Shown here: piece after piece, positions 43,832-53,447 of the stretch
Layout of the letters: every line of letters starts with the position of its first letter
How positions within the stretch are numbered: the first letter of the stretch is position 1
IMG/VR virus record: IMGVR_UViG_3300045284_000563
Location: 1-53,474 of that record
Reading direction: 5' to 3' (one strand)
Source of the DNA: a virus
Lineage: Duplodnaviria > Caudoviricetes
DNA length: 53,474 bases
Notes under the pieces: generated by a model
Told to the model about the DNA's origin: nothing
Database searches by the model: none
The model's input: the letters and a program-made list of their open reading frames with translations, nothing else
Position numbers and translations under genes: made by a program

Positions 43832-45798
43832 GGTTTGATCCATTTCATGGCTTCGATCTCCTTGATGTCGACCTGCGATATCCACGCCTCTCTGTCGCGA
43901 ACTCCGTAGGAAAGAACGAGTTGTTCGTTGTCCAGGGCGAGACCGGCGCAGAACTCGATACCGAATCCGGCAAAGACCCACGCAGGGGAGACGGCGATCA
44001 CGCTGAACTTCTTGTCAAGTCGCACGAACCGATGAAGGTAGACCCGACTTTCGTCCGTTTCGATGGTCTCGTGTGTGACGCAAAGGTAACCGTCTTGCAG
44101 TGCGATAGCCGCTCCGCCACGTAGATGTTCGAGGGCGAAGGGACACTTTCGGAGCGGCCCGGGAAGAATTGCCGTCGGATCGAGTGAGTAAATCCACGTG
44201 AGCATGCCGTCGATAGCGAGCGGCATCCAATTCTTCTCGTGCATTTGGTTGGTTGGCTGCACCTCACGGCGCGTGACGTCACCCTCGTCATTGAAAAAGA
44301 GTCGTGCAATGAGCCGTCGATCTGTGTCGTGGTCACAGACCGTGGCACTCGCCCCAAGAACGTTGCCGTCCAGTTCGTCGAGCGAGACCAGCCGAATATC
44401 TTCGTACCCGACGATGCGCGACGGCACTCGAAGTGAACGATCTAGGTCTCGGATTAGCCTGTGGTCTACAAGTTCCACGTTGGGTGTGAGTTTGCCGAGG
44501 TAGTTCTCCGTACGCACGATGCCCTCAGGGTCGTGGACGGTGTATTCACGCCCGTTCAGTGAGTAGTTTACGGTCCGCACCACGCACCAGAGCTCGCCCT
44601 TGTGCCAGCAGATACTCGGGTTCATCGGATGCCATCCGTTTGGTGGCCTGAACGTGATCTCTGTGTTGTGCGCGGTTGGGCAGAAGCTCGAGAGAGCCGG
44701 TGGCCGGAGCATTGATCGGGCCTCGAATCGGCGGGGATTCGATTGCGTGATGCTGAGCCGGTCTAGTTCGTGATTATCCGAGACGCCAAGGCGGGCGCGT
44801 TTGGCAGCGTGAAAATCTAGCTCGGCTTGTGCGCGTTCAGGGCCGGGCGGGAGTACGAATCGAAGCACGTCGTAAGGGAGTTCGTAGAGCGCCGGCATAT
44901 GGCGGAACCAGTCGCGCTCGGGGCCACAGCCTTTGTAGCGCCCCACTGCCGCAGCCATTCGTGACCACGCAATGGCCTGATCGGCGCGTCCGAGTTTGCA
45001 CGCGCACAATCCTGCCATCCAAGCGCACTCCGCGAAATGGGCGTTCGCAGAAAGACCTCGTGCAGCGGCCACGATGGCCTCGTCGAACAATTCTAAATTG
45101 AAAAGTTGCTCGGCCTGTTTGTATGCGGCCCAGGCGGCTTCGTCGCCTACCTTTCGAAGCCCGACACATTCACCGAACGCTATGGCGGCGAGCTCCTTAG
45201 CGCCGATCCCTTCGTAAGACGCACCGAGATAGTAACGCCAACGTGGATCGTCTGGGTGTTTCTTGATGTAATCCGTGAGGAGTCTGATATCGCGTTCGAA
45301 CTTTTTTTGCGCCTGCTCGTGGGATTTGCCGAGCTCGTAGAAAGTTGCGCCTTCGAGTGTTTCGAACGACCTGACTATGAGTGTTTCGTGCGTCGGTCCG
45401 GTGAAGTACGCTCCCGACGAAGCGCGAACGATTTTTTCTTTCGGGTATGATCCGTCTGCCGCTTCGATGCGTATCGAATCGGCCCGCACATTAGAAAGCG
45501 TCGCACGGAGATCGAGATTTCCGAAGTCTAGGCGCTCGTCGGAGTCGACGATGAGTGTCCAGGTTGCCCCGAGCGCTTTGGCGGCTTTGAGTCCGGCGTT
45601 GCGCGCCGTCGAGAAGTCCGACCATTTGTGTTTGACGATTTCTAGCTTGTCGCCCGCGACTTCTTTCGCTCGTTCGACGGTGCCGTCTTTGATGCCGGTG
45701 TCGAGCAAGAGAACAAGGTCGACGTGATCTACGACGCTTAGGAGCGCGTCCGCGATTTCGTGTTCGCGACTGTCCGTGATGGTGACGCTGACGATCAC
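43828..45798 (-). CDS. GT2 glycosyltransferase + TPR + beta-propeller glycosidase-like domain
   Basis: DTG..DGT, W.DFSTARN, DSDE, HE; TPRs; NPSI, GYEDIRL, EKNWMP, LRGG, IEFCAGL, SYG..D. Confidence 0.85.
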   Translation of the reverse strand: MIVSVTITDSREHEIADALLSVVDHVDLVLLLDTGIKDGTVERAKEVAGDKLEIVKHKWSDFSTARNAGLKAAKALGATWTLIVDSDERLDFGNLDLRATLSNVRADSIRIEAADGSYPKEKIVRASSGAYFTGPTHETLIVRSFETLEGATFYELGKSHEQAQKKFERDIRLLTDYIKKHPDDPRWRYYLGASYEGIGAKELAAIAFGECVGLRKVGDEAAWAAYKQAEQLFNLELFDEAIVAAARGLSANAHFAECAWMAGLCACKLGRADQAIAWSRMAAAVGRYKGCGPERDWFRHMPALYELPYDVLRFVLPPGPERAQAELDFHAAKRARLGVSDNHELDRLSITQSNPRRFEARSMLRPPALSSFCPTAHNTEITFRPPNGWHPMNPSICWHKGELWCVVRTVNYSLNGREYTVHDPEGIVRTENYLGKLTPNVELVDHRLIRDLDRSLRVPSRIVGYEDIRLVSLDELDGNVLGASATVCDHDTDRRLIARLFFNDEGDVTRREVQPTNQMHEKNWMPLAIDGMLTWIYSLDPTAILPGPLRKCPFALEHLRGGAAIALQDGYLCVTHETIETDESRVYLHRFVRLDKKFSVIAVSPAWVFAGFGIEFCAGLALDNEQLVLSYGVRDREAWISQVDIKEIEAMKWIKP

Positions 45799-45974
45799 TT
45801 GTTGACCCGTCGTGCTTCCGAGAGCGCGAGCATGCGCACCCACGCCGAGGCGGTACCGATGCCCGTTCGTTGTGCAGCGCGGACGATCTCGCGTTTTTCG
45901 GCGCCGGAAACGCGGAAGATCAGTCGATCGTCTTTACGCTCGGATTCCGTTTTCTTGGGTCGACCTAGACGCAT
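45795..45974 (-). CDS. MobC/RHH-like regulator (59 aa, not in ORF track)
   Basis: MRLGRPKK...LIFRVSGAEKREIVRAAQRTG..SAWVRMLAL; coupled to the GT gene; TTGACG upstream on the minus strand. Confidence 0.7.
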   Translation of the reverse strand: MRLGRPKKTESERKDDRLIFRVSGAEKREIVRAAQRTGIGTASAWVRMLALSEARRVNK

Positions 45975-46018
45975 TCCGAGCGAGATAATGTACTAACGAA
46001 AAAAGTACGTCAAGCACG

Positions 46019-46872
46019 TCATTGCTTCTTGTAAAATCGCCCCAATCCTGTCGTGCTCCCGTCGACGTTGTTCGTGGCGATGTTGAAATATTGACTGTTG
46101 TCCGCATCGCCTGGGCCGATGCGGTACCAGGAAAAACGCTCTACGAAACTACGGCGATGTAGCCCGGCGACCATTTTCTGCATGAATTCGAATACGGTGT
46201 TGTCGGACGGGTTTGATGGGAGCGCGGTAAAGTTGATCACGGCGAATTCTTTGAGCCAGATCGGTTTGTGATATTTTTCCCAGATGGCGTCTAGGTTCGC
46301 AAGAATGGCGTTGGCGCCAATGGTCGGGTCCGGTTGAAGGGCGCTGTCGTAGTACTGATCGACTGGGATGAAATCGAAGTCAGGGCTACCGAGAAGTGTG
46401 ACGAACTGATCGAACCAGGCGCCCGGGGTCGTGATCAGAGTAGGAGTGCCCATCGTAGGCGCGCTGATGCGCATTCCTGTTGCACGAATTGAAGGCCAAA
46501 GCGCGGCAGCTTGTGCCGGCGTCATGTTTGCCTGGTCGGCGTGGTCAGGTTCGTTGAAAGTAAGCAACTCGCCTGTCGACGAATTCGCCTGTGCGAGTAC
46601 GAGATTTCCTGCCGAGTATTGAGATCCGTAGGCGGCTCCAGTGCTATCGCCGTAGATCATCGGAATGAAAGAGACCCCAGGCGGGATCGAGAACCCTTGC
46701 GCCAACGGATCCGTGGAGACGTAGTAGTTATACGTCCAGTGGATCGGGTTTAGCTCTGCTGCGACCTCGGCTTGAGACAGCCACGCGGCGTTGCCGGCAG
46801 CGACAGAGTTCCACTGCTGGTTTAGCGGATTCACAGGAGCGATTTGAAATACGCCACCTTTTTTGTTGGCAT
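46019..46872 (-). CDS. GH128-like glycosyl hydrolase (Glyco_hydro_cc); start frameshifted
   Basis: W.YNY, FIPMIYG, FNEPD..QANM, PIWLKEF, VERFSWY. The KKG N-motif lies upstream of the first in-frame start (46834). Confidence 0.8.
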
Positions 46873-46886
46873 TCGCGTTCAGACCG

Positions 46887-48320
46887 TCAAAAGTTCACGC
46901 GGGTCTGCTCGCCAGCAGAACCCGCACCTCCTGTCGATCCGCTGGCAGCGGTTCCTGCGCTTCCTCCGACGCCGAGCGCCGAATTGGCCGTTTGTGATTG
47001 CAGGTTGAATACGATTCCGAAACCACCAGCAGCTCCGCCTCCACCGTCACCGCCTCCAGCGCCTCCGCTGCCGGTGCCTCCAGTGCCTCCAGCGCCTCCG
47101 TCAATAGAGAGACCGCCTGTCACGGAGCCAATGATATTGCCTGCGACTACGATTCCGAAACCGCCACCACCGCCGGATCCTCCACCACCGCCGCCTCGAG
47201 CGCCTGCGGCGGGTGATCCACCGTTGCCGCCGGTTCCACCTTTGGCCGAGATGAAGCCGGCAGCCGCGCCTGTGACGATGAGCGTACGCGTTGCGAAAAG
47301 GAGGCCATGTCCGCCTTGCGCGCCGCCTCCACCTCCGCCGCCTGCTGTGCCGTCGCCTCCACCGCCACCGCCACCAGGACCACCGGCGCCACCGTTAAAC
47401 GAGAGCGCGCTACCAGTTACGCTGATGTTGACGCCGCGGTTGAAGATCGCCAACAGATCAAGGCGATGAGGGAGGTTGCCGCCGTCTCGAGTAACTGTGA
47501 TTCCCGCTCGCGTTGCGCCGCCCGGGTTTGCGCCCGCAGTACCGCCTTTGCCGGACGTACTTGTCGAGCCGCCTGACGATCCGTTTCTAGGTTGCGGTGC
47601 GGCAGCTTGATTGCCGCCTGCTGCGCCGCCCGCACCGCCTGCGGTGCCTAGACCTGCTGCGCTTGGAATGGTGAGCCCGTCTGCTTCGGTCGTGCCGCCG
47701 GCTGTGCCTGCTCCGCCGCCTGCGGCGCCGTTGCCTGCTGCTGCGCCCACACCGCGGAAGATCGTGTCCACAGGCATGCCTGTGAGATCGGTTATGCCGC
47801 TGCACCATAGCCGGAAGCCGGCGACGTCGATCTTTGCGGTTCCCGTGAGTGTGATCGACGAATAGTAGGTGTCGCGTGTGAGCGTCGTCGTGCCGCTTGA
47901 TTGACTCAGCGCTCCGTCGCTGCCATCCCCGAAGAGCGAGAAGAGCATGTACGAATTGACGAGTGCAGCGTTGGTAACGCCAGGTCCCGTTGGTCCAGTC
48001 GGTCCGGTGGGCCCGGTGGAGCCGCGTGGCCCAGTCGGTCCGGTGATGCCTTGAGCTCCACTAGGTCCGGTCGGTCCGGTGATGCTTACGCCGGCCGGAC
48101 CTGTCGGCCCTCCGGGGCCTGCCGATCCACCGGGACCCGTTGGTCCTGCTGATCCGCCTGGACCTGTCGGCCCCCCAGGGCCCGTTGGTCCACCTGGACC
48201 TGTTGGTCCTGCTGATCCGCCACCACCCGGGCCCGTTGGTCCCCCGGGACCTGTTGGACCGCTGCCGGAAGAGCCCGGCCCTGTGGGTCCTGTAGGCCCT
48301 TTGCAGATCAGAGGGATCAT
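46887..48320 (-). CDS. Collagen-like plus Gly-rich fibre protein
   Basis: GPTGPGG repeats, FGDGSDGAL, long GGGGG segments. Confidence 0.85.
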   Translation of the reverse strand: MIPLICKGPTGPTGPGSSGSGPTGPGGPTGPGGGGSAGPTGPGGPTGPGGPTGPGGSAGPTGPGGSAGPGGPTGPAGVSITGPTGPSGAQGITGPTGPRGSTGPTGPTGPTGPGVTNAALVNSYMLFSLFGDGSDGALSQSSGTTTLTRDTYYSSITLTGTAKIDVAGFRLWCSGITDLTGMPVDTIFRGVGAAAGNGAAGGGAGTAGGTTEADGLTIPSAAGLGTAGGAGGAAGGNQAAAPQPRNGSSGGSTSTSGKGGTAGANPGGATRAGITVTRDGGNLPHRLDLLAIFNRGVNISVTGSALSFNGGAGGPGGGGGGGDGTAGGGGGGGAQGGHGLLFATRTLIVTGAAAGFISAKGGTGGNGGSPAAGARGGGGGGSGGGGGFGIVVAGNIIGSVTGGLSIDGGAGGTGGTGSGGAGGGDGGGGAAGGFGIVFNLQSQTANSALGVGGSAGTAASGSTGGAGSAGEQTRVNF

Positions 48321-48321
48321 T

Positions 48322-49059
48322 TTACGGTAAGTTTGCTGCGACGAGTGTTGAGGGGCCCAATTGTTGGACTAGTGCGGCAGGGATCTGCCACACCTCGAGC
48401 GAGCAACTGGCGAATAAGCCGCTGTCGCCTCCAACGGTCAAGAACGGGCTACTGTCTAGGCCCACGTAGGTCATCGTGATCGCCGGATCGCCTCTCCCGT
48501 CTACTGCTGATCTTACTCTGATCGTCGCTCGTGTTTTTCCGGCAGGCACTGCGAAATAGCACGTCTGTGTAAGCGTAGCGTTGACAAGAGGAGGATCGGG
48601 CGCTTCGTTGTCTTGAACGACCTTAGCTTCTGTAGAGCTGTCGTTGACGTTGAACCATCCGGTAGGATAGGCGCCCACTGGATCGTCGAAGGATACAGCG
48701 ATCCACGCTCCTGTTGTTCCGCCGTCCGGCGGTGTCGCCGCACCTAACACGTTCAGAGAGTACGTACATCTGAGCACGGCGCCTGGAGTTAGTCCGGTTA
48801 GTACGACTTGCATCGGGTTGGCTGAAGCGTCGCGCATGACCTCCAGGCCGCCGGTTCCAGCATAGGCGTTGTTGGATGCGGTGTTCGTCTCTATAACTTG
48901 GTCGTATCCAAAAGGTCCGAGGCTCGCTGTGGGCGAGCCTGCCGGTCCCGTGGATCCCGACGAACCCGTAGGTCCTGTTGGTCCGCTGCTCGAGGGTGCG
49001 GAGGGTGGAGAGGGGTAGGTCTCTCGAGCGTACCGTCCTCTTCCGGCGATGTATGGCAT
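48322..49059 (-). CDS. Decoration/fibre protein
   Basis: [17 protein letters not shown]-motif, short GPT linker, beta domain. Confidence 0.7.
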   Translation of the reverse strand: MPYIAGRGRYARETYPSPPSAPSSSGPTGPTGSSGSTGPAGSPTASLGPFGYDQVIETNTASNNAYAGTGGLEVMRDASANPMQVVLTGLTPGAVLRCTYSLNVLGAATPPDGGTTGAWIAVSFDDPVGAYPTGWFNVNDSSTEAKVVQDNEAPDPPLVNATLTQTCYFAVPAGKTRATIRVRSAVDGRGDPAITMTYVGLDSSPFLTVGGDSGLFASCSLEVWQIPAALVQQLGPSTLVAANLP

Positions 49060-49065
49060 TCGAAA

Positions 49066-49998
49066 TTACACTTCTGCAATCGTGCTGCTGATGAGTGTGA
49101 CTGCCGTTTGCGCGAGTGCTCGACCGTTGAGGGTCGCACCGGCTTGCATGGCGATGCCTGTTGCTCCGAGAATTTCTCCGTTGACTGTCACACCCGGGAA
49201 GATGGTGACTTGTCCAGTCACGGCCCAGAAAACGTTTTCAGGGAGAATACCGCCCACTAGAAGCACGTCTTGATGAATGTCGAGCGTTCCTTGGACTTGG
49301 ATGATGATGCCGTCTCCAGCTCCGCCGTTTATCGTCAACGGGCCCGCAGTGATGCTGGAGGCGCCCGTGTATCGATAGACGAACCCAGCCGTGAGTGGCG
49401 AATCGGCGGCGATATCGCCACCGGCTGACGAGGTGTCCGGCGTTCTCCCTATGGCGTCGTTGTACGCGGTGATCATGTCGGCGCTGGCGAGCACCACCTT
49501 GGCGGGTGCCGGCACCGCGTAGTCGGGCGCAAATACGTGTCCGAGTTGCGGGGGCACTCCAGGAAACACTTGCGAGGACGTGGAGAACTGACCTCCGCCG
49601 TCGAGTACGAGTGCGAATCCTGTGATGCTCGCAGAGGCCGCCGGGTTGATACCCATGTCGCCGTCGACTGTCGATCCGCCTGTGGTCGTGATGCCAGATT
49701 GCGCGAAGATGGCGAAGTCGCCGGCCGTGAGTAGATCGACGAATTCCGTTGGAGGAGTAGGTCCCGTTGCTCCCGTCACTCCAGTAGATCCGCTAGGACC
49801 GGTGGAGCCACCCATACTGCGGAGACTGATTGCTTGGTCACGAGGGCGCGACGCCCAACTCCAGCCGCCGTACTCGCTGTCGAAATGTGGGGCGCCGTGC
49901 CGACGCTCTCGATACGCCGCTTCGTCAATGAGCTGCCTCGGCGCGCCGTTCTCTGAATGGCCGCCTTTGTTCTTCAGATTTTTCAATTTGCGGCGCAT
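49066..49998 (-). CDS. DUF3494 ice-binding-like protein with basic N-terminus and collagen linker
   Basis: FAIFAQSGIT...GDMGI.P...ITGF...TAYNDA.GR...NVFWAV...GATLNGRALAQTAVTL. Confidence 0.9.
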   Translation of the reverse strand: MRRKLKNLKNKGGHSENGAPRQLIDEAAYRERRHGAPHFDSEYGGWSWASRPRDQAISLRSMGGSTGPSGSTGVTGATGPTPPTEFVDLLTAGDFAIFAQSGITTTGGSTVDGDMGINPAASASITGFALVLDGGGQFSTSSQVFPGVPPQLGHVFAPDYAVPAPAKVVLASADMITAYNDAIGRTPDTSSAGGDIAADSPLTAGFVYRYTGASSITAGPLTINGGAGDGIIIQVQGTLDIHQDVLLVGGILPENVFWAVTGQVTIFPGVTVNGEILGATGIAMQAGATLNGRALAQTAVTLISSTIAEV

Positions 49999-50078
49999 GA
50001 GGTATCCTTTTGTGTGAAATAGCCCCGCGTCGCGTCAACGACCGGGGCTCGGCTCGGCCTCAAACTAGGAGGCGAACG

Positions 50079-50777
50079 GTGACAGAGTATAGAAAAACCT
50101 GCGAGGTGTGTACCGTATGTTTTGTTACGACACATCCGGCGCAACGATCTTGCGGTCAGGTTTGTGGCTACAAACTTAGAGGCGCGGGCACAAGTGTCGC
50201 TGCGGCAAGAAGGCGCGTGGCTGTCGCGCCTCCGCCTGAGCCAGGCGTTCTGTTCATTCCGCTCACACGGGGCAAATTTGCGAAAGTGGACGAAGGGGAC
50301 TTCGTGCACGTATCTCAATGGAACTGGGCACACTACCGAGACAAGTACGGGCGAGAATACGCTGTTAGGGGTTACGGCATATTCCTTCATCGGCAACTCA
50401 TGCAAGCCGAGAGAGGAGAACAAATTGACCACAAAAATGGCAACGGACTCGACAACAGAAGAGACAACCTTCGCAAGGCTACTGCGACCGAGAACAACAG
50501 AAATCGCATGAAACTTCGTGCGCCGTGCGCATCGAAATATAAAGGAGTGTGGCGCCACTACGACAAATGGGGCGCCGCGATTTGGGACAAAGGTAAGAGC
50601 ATCAAGCTCGGACGATTTGATACCGAAGCGAAGGCTGCCGAAGCTTACGACGCAGCGGCCAGGCGACTGCACGGCGAGTTTGCCCGCGTCAACTTTCCGA
50701 TCAACGGGGAGCAGTCGGCGATTCATCGTTCGTTCCCTTCGACCGGTTCGCCGAGCAAGTTCACGAGCACTGCGTAG
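50079..50777 (+). CDS. HNH-AP2 endonuclease (mobile, antisense insertion)
   Basis: IPLTRGKFAKVD, IDHKNGNGLDNRRDNLR.AT..EN, SKYKGV...LGRF..E..AA.AYD.AA..LHGEFA..NF; RBS AGGAGG; GCCCCG..CGGGGC hairpin upstream. Confidence 0.9.
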   Translation: MTEYRKTCEVCTVCFVTTHPAQRSCGQVCGYKLRGAGTSVAAARRRVAVAPPPEPGVLFIPLTRGKFAKVDEGDFVHVSQWNWAHYRDKYGREYAVRGYGIFLHRQLMQAERGEQIDHKNGNGLDNRRDNLRKATATENNRNRMKLRAPCASKYKGVWRHYDKWGAAIWDKGKSIKLGRFDTEAKAAEAYDAAARRLHGEFARVNFPINGEQSAIHRSFPSTGSPSKFTSTA

Positions 50778-51010
50778 GCGAGTAGCGCTAAGAAGCTCGT
50801 GCCGGTGCCGGCGATGAATGTGTTGACGATGCGCCCGTGTCCGACGTCGAGAAGTCCGCTCACGCCAGCCGCTGCGCCGACCCAAAACCCGAAGCATTGA
50901 GCGCACCCGAGCAACGCAGGCCACAACTTTCGAATCGGCCTGAAGAGGGTGCTATCGACGACGATGAGTGTCGTGCCGACAGCCGCGCAGAGGACGAGGA
51001 ACTCACGCAT
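50723..51010 (-). CDS. Small multi-TM protein (DUF1360-like)
   Basis: Three hydrophobic segments; LLGCAQCFGFWVG. Confidence 0.65.
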   Translation of the reverse strand: MREFLVLCAAVGTTLIVVDSTLFRPIRKLWPALLGCAQCFGFWVGAAAGVSGLLDVGHGRIVNTFIAGTGTSFLALLAYAVLVNLLGEPVEGNER

Positions 51011-51565
51011 TTACGGCAATTCCATGACCGACAAGTTGGTGAACGCCAGTTGCACCAGCGCGTTGCCGCCCGCGACTTCCGTTAAAACTACTGCGATCAC
51101 GACAGGGACTCCGATTGGCAATGGCTGTGAAAATCCAGACGGCGTAAGGCTGCCGTCTGCATTACCGGCAAGTGCGGTGAGCGCCTCGACTCCGATCACA
51201 GGCGAGCCGATAGTTCCGCCAATGACGGGAGGCGTTCCGGAGCCTATTACCCAGCCGTTGGATGTGGTTTCGCCGCCCGAAACACTTAGACCTGTTCCGG
51301 GTATAATTTCCATTGCTAGTGCGTAAGTGTCGGCGCCCGCTCCGTTTTGTAAGAGGAGGTTCGACGATAGCTGAAGCACACCACTGACCTTTGGCGTGAA
51401 CAGGATCGCAGCGATGAGGCTGTTGGCCGGTGTAAAAGGCACCGTGAGTATTGTCGTGTCGGCGATATTTCGATTGCGCAGCGCCGCTACCGCTGCGCCC
51501 GCTGCCGCGGATCCTTCCGGGTACGTGCCGAATACGTTACGGCCTCTTCCTAGAATTCGTGCCAT
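51011..51565 (-). CDS. Decoration protein
   Basis: ILGRGRNVFGTYPE N-motif; beta-rich. Confidence 0.65.
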   Translation of the reverse strand: MARILGRGRNVFGTYPEGSAAAGAAVAALRNRNIADTTILTVPFTPANSLIAAILFTPKVSGVLQLSSNLLLQNGAGADTYALAMEIIPGTGLSVSGGETTSNGWVIGSGTPPVIGGTIGSPVIGVEALTALAGNADGSLTPSGFSQPLPIGVPVVIAVVLTEVAGGNALVQLAFTNLSVMELP

Positions 51566-51574
51566 CGGATCACC

Positions 51575-52219
51575 TCAACCTGGAGTTTCTAAAGCGAGCT
51601 GTCCGAGTGGACCTTGAAACACGGATCCGGCGGCGAGCTCGCTGCATTTCAGGATCGCGCCCGGAATTCCAGGCTCGTCCACAGATCCGTTCAGGAACAT
51701 GGTCGCAGTGGCGTCTGAGAAAAAGTAGTACACGCGAACGATCGGCGGCGCTGTGACGGGCGTTGTGCCAGGGATGCCGTCCACGACGACCGGCATCGGA
51801 TCGACGATCGTGATGGCGTCCAAGCTCCGCAGAAGGATCGACGGGTCGGCGATGACGGCAGTATCGACCCGATCGAGCGACGCCGACGGAACGAGCGTGT
51901 AGAAGGTCACGCCGCCGTCTACGCTCACCTGGATTGTGGTCGATACGTTGAGCTGTCCCGGCTCGTCCATGCTAACGCTCTGGGAGTTCAACCTGAAGTC
52001 GACCTCTAGCGTGTTGCCCATGGTGAAATCTGGGAACACGACCGACATCGGATCGAGCGCTGAGTTTCGAGGAAGGAACGGTGTGTTGGGCGTAAGCGAA
52101 TTTACGACCTCCATTTCATCGACGATCCCGTCGTACCCGACACGCACGAGCGCTCCGCTGCCGCCACTCGACGCTCTTTCGGGGTAGACCTCTTGCGATT
52201 TTCTGCCTGTGGTCTTCAT
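51575..52219 (-). CDS. Decoration protein
   Basis: TGRKSQEVYPE N-motif; beta-rich. Confidence 0.65.
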   Translation of the reverse strand: MKTTGRKSQEVYPERASSGGSGALVRVGYDGIVDEMEVVNSLTPNTPFLPRNSALDPMSVVFPDFTMGNTLEVDFRLNSQSVSMDEPGQLNVSTTIQVSVDGGVTFYTLVPSASLDRVDTAVIADPSILLRSLDAITIVDPMPVVVDGIPGTTPVTAPPIVRVYYFFSDATATMFLNGSVDEPGIPGAILKCSELAAGSVFQGPLGQLALETPG

Positions 52220-52404
52220 GGATTCTTCTTGTTCACTAGCTCGACGAGTCGAGCAACTTGCTCCGGTTCGAGCTTGATGTCTCCCACCGAACTTTTCTCG
52301 CTGTCGTTGTCGTAGATCCGCATTGACCCGTCATCGAACAGTGTCACCGTTGGACACCGCTTGTGCCCGCAGCACATCGTCTCCTGGTGAATGGCCTTGG
52401 GCAT
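52216..52404 (-). CDS. Small Cys-containing protein
   Basis: CCGHKRCP; RBS GAGGAG. Confidence 0.55.
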   Translation of the reverse strand: MPKAIHQETMCCGHKRCPTVTLFDDGSMRIYDNDSEKSSVGDIKLEPEQVARLVELVNKKNP

Positions 52405-52417
52405 TGATGCTCTCCTC

Positions 52418-52936
52418 TCAACCGGTCGCGGGTAACACTTCTTCGATCTCGATAGTCGAAGCGTCCACGTTCAGCGTGATCGCATCATTCACGGAAGCCG
52501 CCACGAGGACTTGAACGTTCACGAGAGTTCCGACTGCGAGCGGGATAGTGGTGAGCAACTCGAATGGGATGGCGGCGAGCCCGTTTCCGGTGACCGTTTC
52601 TTCGAGTATTGGCGGGACTACTCCCGCGTCGTCCACTTGCACTTCCAGAAGCACGTTCACCGGTGACAGTGAGTTGTTCTTGACGACCACCACGCCTTTG
52701 AAAAGAACGAGTCCGGTGACGCGGGGCGTGAACGGCACATCTTCATCTGGCGTAACTGCGCCGCTTTCGATGTAGTCCCAAGGGATCTGAGTTCCGCCGT
52801 CGCCTGCGGTGACGACGTCGATGGTCTCATTCGGGCCCATCGCGAAATTTCGCGCAATCGACAACGCTCCCGATCCCCGGGGTGTGTCCGGGTAGAAGTG
52901 GTGCGCGTATTTGCGGCCGATTCTGAATTCGCCCAT
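52418..52936 (-). CDS. Decoration protein, tandem paralog 2
   Basis: MGEFRIGRKYAHHFYPDTPRG. Confidence 0.75.
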   Translation of the reverse strand: MGEFRIGRKYAHHFYPDTPRGSGALSIARNFAMGPNETIDVVTAGDGGTQIPWDYIESGAVTPDEDVPFTPRVTGLVLFKGVVVVKNNSLSPVNVLLEVQVDDAGVVPPILEETVTGNGLAAIPFELLTTIPLAVGTLVNVQVLVAASVNDAITLNVDASTIEIEEVLPATG

Positions 52937-52940
52937 TGGT

Positions 52941-53447
52941 TCACCCGGTCGCGAATGGCTTCTCTTCGATCTCGAGTGTCGTGTTGTTCGTGCTCAAGAC
53001 GACGTCGACGTCCGCGGTGGCCGTGACTTGAAGTTGGATCTGTGCGGTGACGCCAACCGGGAGTAGCGCGAGACTCAAGATTTCGAAAGCGATGGCCGCC
53101 TCGCCGTTCGCATCGACCGTCTCTTGAACGAGCGGTACGAGCAGCGTGCTGCCGTTCACTTGGATCTGCACCTGTACGGTCACAGGCGCAGCGTCGTTGT
53201 TCGTGACCTGAACGACGCCAGAGAAGAGAATTCTTCCGGTGACGCGAGGGGTGATCGGTACGTTGACTCCGACAGGATCGCCGCTTTCAATGAAAGCCCA
53301 CGGCACTTGAACGCCGCTGGTATCGATGGTGGTGGGCGTTCCCGGGCCTTCTGCAAAGTTTCGCGCGAACGACAGCGCCCCTGCGCCTCTCGGCGTATCC
53401 GGGTAGGTGTGTTGCGCGTACCTCCGTCCAATCCTGAACTCGCCCAT
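52941..53447 (-). CDS. Decoration protein, tandem paralog 1
   Basis: MGEFRIGRRYAQHTYPDTPRG; RBS GAGGAG. Confidence 0.75.
   Translation of the reverse strand: MGEFRIGRRYAQHTYPDTPRGAGALSFARNFAEGPGTPTTIDTSGVQVPWAFIESGDPVGVNVPITPRVTGRILFSGVVQVTNNDAAPVTVQVQIQVNGSTLLVPLVQETVDANGEAAIAFEILSLALLPVGVTAQIQLQVTATADVDVVLSTNNTTLEIEEKPFATG

Noticed and set aside
47985-48300. 9/18-nt periodic repeats
   Set aside because: Collagen-like Gly-Pro-Thr coding repeats.
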